A stretch of 64,000 nucleotides of DNA from a virus, in IMG/VR virus record IMGVR_UViG_2864926767_000001; one strand, written 5' to 3'. The notes beneath the pieces were generated by a model that saw nothing but the letters and a program-made list of their open reading frames with translations, was not told where the DNA came from and did no database searches. Positions 50,381 to 62,056 of the stretch are shown in pieces. Positions within the stretch are counted from its first letter, which is position 1. Each line of letters opens with the position of its first letter. The position numbers and the translations under genes were made by a program.

Positions 50381-51502
50381 ATGATGAATACCCCCGCCCC
50401 AAAGCGCGATCTCATGAAGTTGTTGAAGGAGATTGCGATCATCGGCGCCGCTCTCTGCGCCGGTTATTTCTTCATTACCCAAGCTCACAAGCAAAGCGCT
50501 GACGCGCCCAAAGCCGAACAGGTCGCGCAGAGCCCAACGAACGCCGACACGGCAGGGCAGGCAGCCCAGGGCGGGGAAATCCAGCGAGACGACGCTATTG
50601 CAGCTCAAGAGCCCGAGGTTACTCAGGATGAGCGCAATGCTCGAATCAAGGGCATCCTGGAGAAGCGCGCCGCCGAAGTGGACGCTGCCGGCCCGGTGCA
50701 GTTCAACTTGCCCGTCCATGGTGCGACAGACAAGCCGCGAATCCAGACCCTCCCAGCCATTCAAGCCACTCCTGCTGAAGCACTAGCCCCGGCAAAGCCG
50801 GTAAGTAGCGAGCAGGGTGGGGCTTCGGCTTCCGCGAACGGTTCTGATGTCACCAGTACCCTTCATCCGGCCCCGTTGGTTGACCAGGATGCAGCAGCCA
50901 GCATCACCGCCCACCGCACCGCCTACCTGGAAAAGCGCAAGACTGAGCCGGGCCTTCAAGGCATCTTCAAGATCGGCACCCACGTCGACGGCGCGGCCAT
51001 GACCCCGGCCGAGACTGCAGAGCAGATAAGACAAACCCTGGCCAAGATCCCTGATGAGTGGACGATCAGCTACAAGGCAGCGAACGAGCGCGCCAGGATC
51101 TACGTCTTCACGGACATCACGTGTCCGTTCTGCGCCAAGCTCCACAACTCTCTGAACGAGATCCTGGCTGCCGGCGTCAGCGTGCACTACCTGATGTATC
51201 CGCGCGATATGGCCCGCGACGAGTCCAAGATCAGCCCCACCGCCGCAGACATGATCAACATCTGGTGCGCACCAAACCAGCAAGAGGCTATCAACGATGC
51301 CTTCCACAAGTACAAGCCGCGCGAAGCCCGTTGCGACGCACTGCCGAAAGACATCGTCCGGATCAAACCGCCGGTAATGGATCACTACCGCATCGGCGAC
51401 GTGTTCAACGTGAACGGCACCCCGACGATCTACGCCTCCATTGGCACGCACACGGTCGGGTTCTCCGACGCCGCCAAGCTTCTGGCAGAGCTTGGGCTGT
51501 AA
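50381..51502 (+). CDS. dsbC: DsbC-like thiol:disulfide isomerase with N-terminal anchor
   Basis: YVFTDITCPFCAKLH, YPR, IWCA, GTP cis-Pro loop. Confidence 0.85.
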   Translation: MMNTPAPKRDLMKLLKEIAIIGAALCAGYFFITQAHKQSADAPKAEQVAQSPTNADTAGQAAQGGEIQRDDAIAAQEPEVTQDERNARIKGILEKRAAEVDAAGPVQFNLPVHGATDKPRIQTLPAIQATPAEALAPAKPVSSEQGGASASANGSDVTSTLHPAPLVDQDAAASITAHRTAYLEKRKTEPGLQGIFKIGTHVDGAAMTPAETAEQIRQTLAKIPDEWTISYKAANERARIYVFTDITCPFCAKLHNSLNEILAAGVSVHYLMYPRDMARDESKISPTAADMINIWCAPNQQEAINDAFHKYKPREARCDALPKDIVRIKPPVMDHYRIGDVFNVNGTPTIYASIGTHTVGFSDAAKLLAELGL

Positions 51503-51513
51503 GCGCCAGCAAC

Positions 51514-51542
51514 GAAAAAGCCCCGCGATGCGGGGCTTTTTC
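51514..51542. terminator. Bidirectional terminator
   Basis: GAAAAAGCCCCGC-GAT-GCGGGGCTTTTTC. Confidence 0.85.
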
Positions 51543-51553
51543 ATGGAGGCAAT

Positions 51554-52312
51554 TCAGAATTCCAGAGTGAGGGCGACTGCCTCGTTGCCTGCCTTCTTGG
51601 CGATACGAGCACAGGAGGCCTCGTGGCGCTCTCTGTCAGCTTTTGAGACGCTGGCTACCCGTAGGGCGCCCCTTTGTAGCGAAACCCTCTCAGGCGTGAG
51701 GATAGGGCCGATAGCGGCGTAGCTCTCTTCGACCTGCAGGGTGTTCTGCTGAACGGTCATCTCCATAAAGACCATGCTCAGCAGCATGGCGTCCTTGAGG
51801 GCTCCGTGAAGTTCCCGGTCGATATCGCAGTTTGGTAGGTATCGGGAGACCAGGGCGTCCAGGTTGTTCCTCTTGCCTGGGTGTTTTGCCCTAGCGAGAC
51901 TCAGCGAGTCGATGACCCCAATACCCATCTGCTCAATCGAGCTGGCACCGAAGGTGTTCATCTCCCAGTTTAGGAACCCAATGTCGAAAGACGCGTTGTG
52001 AGCGACTACAGTCGTGGGCCCAGGAAGGCTGCCATCTCCCTTCAAGAAGGAGCGCAGACTGGGGAGGATGTCCTGGAAGGTCTTTCCACCGCCGAGGCGA
52101 ATGGCGTCATCACGTGAGATCCCGTGTACCGCGTATGCCTCCTCCGGAACATCCCGTTGGGGGTCAAAATACCGGTGATAGATCTTCCCGGTCGGTTTGC
52201 GGTTGAAGTACTCAACAATGCCGATTTCCAGCAATCGATGGCCTTCCTTCCACTCGAACCCAGTCGACTCAGAGTCGAGGATGCAAAGTCTTCCGGACGT
52301 CATCTCAATCAT
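51554..52312 (-). CDS. dnaQ: DNA polymerase III epsilon subunit
   Basis: LDSESTG, HRLLEIG, AHNASFDIGF, NNLDAL, LHGALKDA, QQNTL clamp-binding-like motif. Confidence 0.93.
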   Translation of the reverse strand: MIEMTSGRLCILDSESTGFEWKEGHRLLEIGIVEYFNRKPTGKIYHRYFDPQRDVPEEAYAVHGISRDDAIRLGGGKTFQDILPSLRSFLKGDGSLPGPTTVVAHNASFDIGFLNWEMNTFGASSIEQMGIGVIDSLSLARAKHPGKRNNLDALVSRYLPNCDIDRELHGALKDAMLLSMVFMEMTVQQNTLQVEESYAAIGPILTPERVSLQRGALRVASVSKADRERHEASCARIAKKAGNEAVALTLEF

Positions 52313-52359
52313 GCGTATGCCCTCAAGCTATGCCGTAGTGTGGCATGGGAGACGGAACA

Positions 52360-53856
52360 CTAAAAAGGTCGCTCGGGGGCATCAACAAACGTGATCCCCT
52401 CTACATGGCTGGCCGCGTTGATCTCAACCCCAGGCCCGTCCCCAGAAAGGCTGTTCGCGAGAGCAATACTCCGCTGCCGAGCATCGTCGGCGACGACGTC
52501 TGGAAGCGTGAATAACCCTGAAATTGAACCAGCCACCAGGTTGACGAACTTCGTGAAGCGGCCCATCCATCCAAGCTTGGCCGTGCCAAGTGCACCAGCA
52601 CGCTGCTTACCGACGATGATCTCGGCGATCCCCTTGTCTTCAGTCTCGGGGTGGTACACCTCGTCTCGGTAAACGAACATGATCAGGTTGGCGTCTTGTT
52701 CGATAGCACCCGACTCTCGCAGGTCGGAGTTCATAGGACGCTTGTTGGGGCGCGCCTCAAGCGCACGGCTGAGCTGCGACAGGGCAATCACTGCGATATT
52801 GAAGGTCTTGGCGATTGTCTTTAGGGCCATGGAGTTCGCGCCAACAGCGGCAGCCATGTTCCCGCCCCATTTCTCATCGAGTGCCATCAGTTGAAGGTAG
52901 TCGACCAGGATGAAATCGAGTTGACCATGCTCTTCAATGAAGTCGTAGATGATCGAGGTCATCTGCATTGGGGACAGCGCCGGCTCATCGCAGACGAAGA
53001 GCTTGAGCCCCTGGACTTGGCTAAGGCTTGCGCCAAGTTTCTCGACTTCCCCGTGCTTAAGCTTGCCGGTTCGGAGGTTATGGGCGTCAATTTCGCCATA
53101 GCCGGAGACTGTTCGCTGGAAGAGCTGGTCAGCAGGCATCTCCATCGAGAAGACCAGACCAACCTTTCCTTGGAACTTAGCCGCATGTTCAGCAATGTTC
53201 ATGGCAAAGGTGGTTTTACCCATGGCCGGGCGACCAGCAATGATCACCAGGTCAGTCGGCTGCATGCTGACAATGATGTCATCAAGCGCAGCAAACCCTG
53301 ACTGGATTCCGGGTATCTCACCGTCTTCGATCTTCTTCTTGAACGCCTGGGCCCATTGCTCGCCAATCTGCGAGTAGGAGAAGAACCTTTTCTTCTTGCT
53401 GCGCAGGGCTGTGCCGGCGCGAGACAGCTTGGCACTGATCGTATGAATGGTGGCTTCTACAGGGATCGAGGAGTCCCTGATGTCCTTTGCCGAACGCAGC
53501 AGGGCCTGCAGCGAACTGGCACGGACTGCGAGCTCCTTCATGGCATGTACGTTCTGAACCACTGCGTCGTGCCGGGGGATCTCTGTGAGAATCCCCATGA
53601 CATAGGGCTCCAGGTCGCTGCCGGCGAATTTCGACATGGCAATCTCGGGGGTTACACCCCGCTCAGCCTGGAATTCGGTGTTGATCCAGTCGAAGAATGC
53701 CTTGGCATTGGGCGATAGGAAGTCAGAAGGGGCGAGCCCATCCAGCTGCCTGAGGAGAGACGGGGTCTCAAGAACCGTGACGAGAACGCTCTTTTCTAGG
53801 GGAATTGCACGAAGGTGAAAGTCCTCACCTACGGCACTCAACGGTTCTGCGGACAT
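52360..53856 (-). CDS. dnaB: Replicative DNA helicase DnaB
   Basis: AGRPAMGKT, FSMEM, VDYLQL, LSQLSR..E.R..KRP..SDLRESGAIEQDA, KQRAG. Confidence 0.95.
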   Translation of the reverse strand: MSAEPLSAVGEDFHLRAIPLEKSVLVTVLETPSLLRQLDGLAPSDFLSPNAKAFFDWINTEFQAERGVTPEIAMSKFAGSDLEPYVMGILTEIPRHDAVVQNVHAMKELAVRASSLQALLRSAKDIRDSSIPVEATIHTISAKLSRAGTALRSKKKRFFSYSQIGEQWAQAFKKKIEDGEIPGIQSGFAALDDIIVSMQPTDLVIIAGRPAMGKTTFAMNIAEHAAKFQGKVGLVFSMEMPADQLFQRTVSGYGEIDAHNLRTGKLKHGEVEKLGASLSQVQGLKLFVCDEPALSPMQMTSIIYDFIEEHGQLDFILVDYLQLMALDEKWGGNMAAAVGANSMALKTIAKTFNIAVIALSQLSRALEARPNKRPMNSDLRESGAIEQDANLIMFVYRDEVYHPETEDKGIAEIIVGKQRAGALGTAKLGWMGRFTKFVNLVAGSISGLFTLPDVVADDARQRSIALANSLSGDGPGVEINAASHVEGITFVDAPERPF

Positions 53857-53972
53857 GCCAAGGGCTCCGATAGAAGGGGACGGCGAGTATATGCCGTCGC
53901 GTTTTTCTGTCAATTGATGCAATATTCACTCATCTGCCAGGGTATAGAAAGCCCCTAAAGCCGGAGTCTGCC

Positions 53973-57605
<3,633 letters not shown>

Positions 57606-57653
57606 TCCATCCTCCAACACCGAGGCGGCGCGAGAGATCGCGCCGATTTCTTG

Positions 57654-58259
57654 ATGGTTGATACCTGGCGCAATGCGGCTGTTCACATTCCCACCGAAGA
57701 CAAGGAGAAATGGTGCAAGGAAGGTGAAGAATACGAGAGGAAGTTCGTCGAATGCATGAACAAGTACTCCGATATCCAAGTTCAGATTAACCCCAAGAAG
57801 CAGCGCGACAAGTACGCCCCTGATTTGCTGGTTCCTGGTTATGGTGAGTGCGACCTTAAAGCACAGAGAACACCATTTTTTACTGCCGCAAAGTTCGGTA
57901 TACATCCTCGTAACGCTTTTACACTTAACGAGAAGGACGTTATACGTTACCGGCAGATGTACCCCGGTATCGGCATTTTCTTCTGGGTCGACTGGCAGAA
58001 TCGTGAGTCCAAGGGGCGCAACTACAAGCCGGTGGAGTACAAGTGGGGTGTCTACTACGCCACGATCCGGGAGATCCTCGGGATCATCGATACCGGCTTG
58101 GCCAAGCTGCATTCGTACCAGCACCGCCAGGACAGCGCGGAGCACGCCACGCGCAACAAGCGAGGCATGAACGATGACGGGAATGCCAAAGGTAGTTACG
58201 TGCTGAGTGTGGAGTGGATAACTCCAATTCTTTTCAGTAAAGACGATCCCTGGGTCTAA
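57654..58259 (+). CDS. Hypothetical protein, possible PD-(D/E)xK nuclease
   Basis: E..F, PDLL...DLK motif. Confidence 0.55.
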   Translation: MVDTWRNAAVHIPTEDKEKWCKEGEEYERKFVECMNKYSDIQVQINPKKQRDKYAPDLLVPGYGECDLKAQRTPFFTAAKFGIHPRNAFTLNEKDVIRYRQMYPGIGIFFWVDWQNRESKGRNYKPVEYKWGVYYATIREILGIIDTGLAKLHSYQHRQDSAEHATRNKRGMNDDGNAKGSYVLSVEWITPILFSKDDPWV

Positions 58260-58269
58260 TAGACTCTTG

Positions 58270-58307
58270 AAAGAGGTCAACTATAACGATTGTTGACCTC
58301 TTTTTTT
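58270..58307 (+). terminator. Rho-independent terminator
   Basis: AAAGAGGTCAAC-N10-GTTGACCTCTTTTTTT. Confidence 0.65.
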
Positions 58308-58375
58308 ACCGATTGTATATTGGGTCATCTGACATTAAGTCAGCGCCATAAAAATAATAATAGAGGCGAACATTG

Positions 58376-59479
58376 ATGACCTTCAGAGCTGAGGTCAGGG
58401 AGCTCATTGCAGCTACCTTTCCGACCATCTCCACGAAAGAGCAACGCGACATCAACATCGCCAGCCGCCTGTATGGCTGGGATGGAAAGGGCGGTTGCAG
58501 CCTTCAAATCGCCGGTCAGGAATTCAACCTGACCCGCGAACGTGTCCGCCAAATCGCAGGCGAAGTCGCCGAGAAGATGAAGGCGAAGGCGCCGGAAGTC
58601 TTGAAGACGGTTCCGGGCCTACTGCAGTACATCCACCAACTGATCCCCGCCAGCGCATCCCGCGTAGAATCCGAGCTCTCCGGCCATGGCCTGGGCGAAG
58701 ATCGCGTGGAAGGCGTGATCAAGAGCGCCACGCTGTTCTTCAAGGTCGGCGACAACCTCAAGCTGGGCGACCACATCCGTGTGGGCGTCGAGAATGGCGT
58801 GCGCTACGTGACACCGCCTGACATGGAAGGCACTGCCACCAGGATCTCGGCCAAAGCGCAGAAGATCGTCACTCACGTGGGCATGGTACATGTCAACGAA
58901 CTACTCCCCCTGACGCCGGCCCTGTCGGAAGAGAGCGCCCTGGCGTTCATCCGCGATGTGCTGGGCTCTCGTTCCGATGCCCACTGGCTGGATGAGGAGT
59001 GCAACTGGGTGTGGCTGAGCGATGCGCCCAGAAACAGGCTGATCACCTGCCTCCACAAGATGCTCCACGTGTACTCCAGCACTACCCTGGAAAACATCGT
59101 GGCCGGGGTGAACCGCTACTTCCGCAAAGATGCCGAGAAAGACGCCCCTGCGACCAAGCTTGAAGCGCCGCTGGAGATCCTGGGCAAGATGATCAACGCC
59201 TGGGGTGAGGCAACCGTCTCCGAAGCCGGCATCGTCCGCAAGACAGCTACCTTCCACGCAGTGAAGCAACCGACCGAGTACGAAGTGCTGCTCGTGAAGG
59301 AGATCATGGCCAAGCCTGAGAAGATCGCCAGGGAGAAAGAGCTGGAGAACGCTCTGGTGCCGCTGGTCGATGGCAAGCCGCACCCGCACAAGCACCGCTT
59401 CAGCATCCAGCTGAACTACTCACCGCTGGTGTGCAAAGGCGCCAAGCGGGGCGAGTACGTGGCAACTGGGGTGATCTGA
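58376..59479 (+). CDS. Protein with an N-terminal sigma-70 region-4 HTH
   Basis: RD..I...LYG......SLQ.AGQEFNLTRERVRQI. Confidence 0.75.
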   Translation: MTFRAEVRELIAATFPTISTKEQRDINIASRLYGWDGKGGCSLQIAGQEFNLTRERVRQIAGEVAEKMKAKAPEVLKTVPGLLQYIHQLIPASASRVESELSGHGLGEDRVEGVIKSATLFFKVGDNLKLGDHIRVGVENGVRYVTPPDMEGTATRISAKAQKIVTHVGMVHVNELLPLTPALSEESALAFIRDVLGSRSDAHWLDEECNWVWLSDAPRNRLITCLHKMLHVYSSTTLENIVAGVNRYFRKDAEKDAPATKLEAPLEILGKMINAWGEATVSEAGIVRKTATFHAVKQPTEYEVLLVKEIMAKPEKIAREKELENALVPLVDGKPHPHKHRFSIQLNYSPLVCKGAKRGEYVATGVI

Positions 59480-59492
59480 TCCCCCAGAACGC

Positions 59493-59521
59493 AAAAGGCC
59501 TGGAGTGATCCAGGCCTTTTT
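59493..59521. terminator. Bidirectional terminator
   Basis: AAAAGGCCTGGA-GTGA-TCCAGGCCTTTTT. Confidence 0.8.
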
Positions 59522-59542
59522 GTTTACAGCCCCTGGGAGGGC

Positions 59543-60118
59543 CTACCTTGCAGCGAGACAGCCACCCTGCATCTCGACACCCATTCCAGGGCGTTCGCGC
59601 GGTGGTGGGGCAGGGAGGGGCTTTCTGAGCCCAAAAGCTTGCTCCCGCAGAACTGCTTCTTCCCGAGAGTCTTCAACGCACTGGGTGCCGCAACGCGCCA
59701 CGCGCTCCTGGTCGGCGAATAGTGCGCGCAGCATGTACGGGTTCGGATGGCGGTTGATCGCCGGCTCCAGGTACTCCATCGCAGAGCACAGGCGTCCGTC
59801 CTTCAGGTGGAAGTAGACCATCAAGGCGCGCCGGGCGTGACGCGCCTTGGAGGCTTCGTCAGATGGGAGGTCTGCCGGGGTGACATGCAGCCACTCCTTC
59901 GCAATTGCCTCGGTATGCGCCGGGCGCGGCAGTTCTGCCCAGCCGCCGGCATCGCCAGACATCAGTCGTTCGTAGGCTTGGAGCCAGGCCTGCGCACGCT
60001 GGCGCAGAGGAGGGGCGATCATATCCATTCGGTTGCACACCACAGCAGGGAGAGCCCAGACCAACTGGTCACAGGCCAGGAAGGGCCGGATGGTAGGAGG
60101 TAGACACTGGAGTGTCAA
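59543..60118 (-). CDS. Hypothetical protein
   Basis: 191-aa ORF divergent from dnaG and ending near a terminator; start uncertain. Confidence 0.5.
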   Translation of the reverse strand: MTLQCLPPTIRPFLACDQLVWALPAVVCNRMDMIAPPLRQRAQAWLQAYERLMSGDAGGWAELPRPAHTEAIAKEWLHVTPADLPSDEASKARHARRALMVYFHLKDGRLCSAMEYLEPAINRHPNPYMLRALFADQERVARCGTQCVEDSREEAVLREQAFGLRKPLPAPPPRERPGMGVEMQGGCLAAR

Positions 60119-60146
60119 TTAGCTGAAAATTGCGCGCTTAGACCAG

Positions 60147-62027
60147 ATGCTAGGAGCACCCGTGGCTAGCCCCAAATTGATGAAAATTCCGCAGGAAGTC
60201 ATCAACCGACTGATTGCGCAGCAAGACATCGTCTCCCTCATTGGCAAGTACCTTCCCCTGAAGAAGGTTGGTGTCGACTTCGTAGCCCTGTGCCCATTTC
60301 ACAAGGAACGATCACCTTCGTTCACGGTGATTCCGAAGAAGCAGTGCTACTACTGCTTTGGTTGCGGCGCCGGGGGCAACGCCATGGTCTTCCTCCAGGA
60401 CTACACCGGTAAAGGATTCCTCCCGATCCTCATGGAGATGGCGGAGGAGTGCAACGAAGACATCACGCCGTTCCTGAAGTCATCCCAGGAAGGCCAGCTG
60501 GCCCTGGCGATCAACCAGGCCATGCAGGAGGCTGGCAATTACTTCGAAAACGAGCTTTGGGAAACAGAGAACCAGGTTGGCCTGGATTACCTGTTCGACC
60601 GTGGATTCAGTGAGCCTGTCATCAAGCTCTACAAGATGGGCTACGCCGGCTTCAGCAAAGACATCATGAGCGCGTTGAGCGAGCACGAACCGGCCCTGAT
60701 CAGCTCGGGCGTTTTCGCGAAAAACGACCGTGATGAGGTCTACTCGGCCTTCCGTGACCGAATTGTGCTTCCCATCCGAGATGCGCGAGGCAAGATCATC
60801 GCGCTGAGCGGCCGCACGCTGAAAGGCGACGTGAAGCCCAAGTACCTCAACTCGAAGGAAACGGCACTGTTCTCGAAGAACAACGTGCTGTACGGGCTAC
60901 ACGAAGCACTAGCCGTGGCGGCGTTGGACAAGCTCGAAGAGCTCCGCGTCGTTGAAGGCCAGCTCGATGTTGTTGCTCACCGCATGATCGGTTTGGACGC
61001 GGTAGCAGCAATGGGTTCCTCACTGTCTGTCCCACAGATGCGCCTGCTGGTGCGACACGCCAAGAAGGTGCTGTTCGTCTACGACGGCGACAAGGCCGGC
61101 CGTAAGGCACTGGTAAACGCATGCACCATCCTCCTGGAGAACCTGGCGGATCACTCGGTTGTCTTCGAGGTCGCGACGCTCCCGGAGGGGCAAGACCCAG
61201 ACAGCATGATCAAAGCTGATCCCGAGGCCTACAAGGAAGCCACCGAGCAGCGTATCCCCTGGCTCGAGGCTCTGTTCACCAAACTTGAGGAGTACGAGAG
61301 CCTACAAGCAGCAGGGCCTGCAGAGGTTGGCCGGGCACGGATGGATTACGCGTCTGCCGCGCTGAGCATCATCCACGGAGCGCGCGATCCGCTCCTGAAG
61401 TTCCAAGCTGTCGAGACGGTGTCCCGGATTGCCGACATCCCAGTGGAAGTGCTCAATGATCAGCTGCTGAAGATCCCGCTCAGCATGTCCGGGATTGCAG
61501 CCAAGCAGATCGATAAGCTGGTAGTCACCATGCCTATCCGGCTGGCGCGGATGCTGTGGGATGATCCGAAGTATGCTGCCGACATCGAGTACCTGGATGT
61601 CTGGAAGGAAGAGGGGGACGAGCTGACCGTTACCATGGCGAACTGGATCGAAGACATGCGCCAGGGTGTCTACGACCTGGAGCTCAGCGACGAGCAGATC
61701 CAAACCATTGCGAACAAGCCGTACCAGGAAGAGAGGTTCCGGCAGGACAACCGGGAACAGGGCGCCATGCAGGCGTTTGGCAACATTCTGGGTCTTCTTC
61801 CCAAGGACATTACCCAAACGATCATGGCTGAAGAGCCAGAGACGGGGAATAACACCGCCTTTGCACTGGCCATGACGATCACCTCCCTGTGTGCAGGAAA
61901 AGCAATGGAGCGCATCCAGCGCCAGGCCGGCATGAACATGCTCTCGGATGGCGATAGGGAGTATTTCCGCAAAATGATGGAAATTCGGCGTTCAGCAATT
62001 GCGCGAAGTAAGACAATTACTTTGTAA
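60147..62027 (+). CDS. dnaG: DNA primase DnaG
   Basis: CPFH.E.SPSF..CFGCG zinc ribbon, FRDRI..PI, GR, PKYLNS.ET, VVEGQLDV, YDGDKAG, DPD; start could be 60162 or 60180. Confidence 0.95.
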   Translation: MLGAPVASPKLMKIPQEVINRLIAQQDIVSLIGKYLPLKKVGVDFVALCPFHKERSPSFTVIPKKQCYYCFGCGAGGNAMVFLQDYTGKGFLPILMEMAEECNEDITPFLKSSQEGQLALAINQAMQEAGNYFENELWETENQVGLDYLFDRGFSEPVIKLYKMGYAGFSKDIMSALSEHEPALISSGVFAKNDRDEVYSAFRDRIVLPIRDARGKIIALSGRTLKGDVKPKYLNSKETALFSKNNVLYGLHEALAVAALDKLEELRVVEGQLDVVAHRMIGLDAVAAMGSSLSVPQMRLLVRHAKKVLFVYDGDKAGRKALVNACTILLENLADHSVVFEVATLPEGQDPDSMIKADPEAYKEATEQRIPWLEALFTKLEEYESLQAAGPAEVGRARMDYASAALSIIHGARDPLLKFQAVETVSRIADIPVEVLNDQLLKIPLSMSGIAAKQIDKLVVTMPIRLARMLWDDPKYAADIEYLDVWKEEGDELTVTMANWIEDMRQGVYDLELSDEQIQTIANKPYQEERFRQDNREQGAMQAFGNILGLLPKDITQTIMAEEPETGNNTAFALAMTITSLCAGKAMERIQRQAGMNMLSDGDREYFRKMMEIRRSAIARSKTITL

Positions 62028-62056
62028 TTGTGCATAGAATGGAGGAATAAGGGGAG

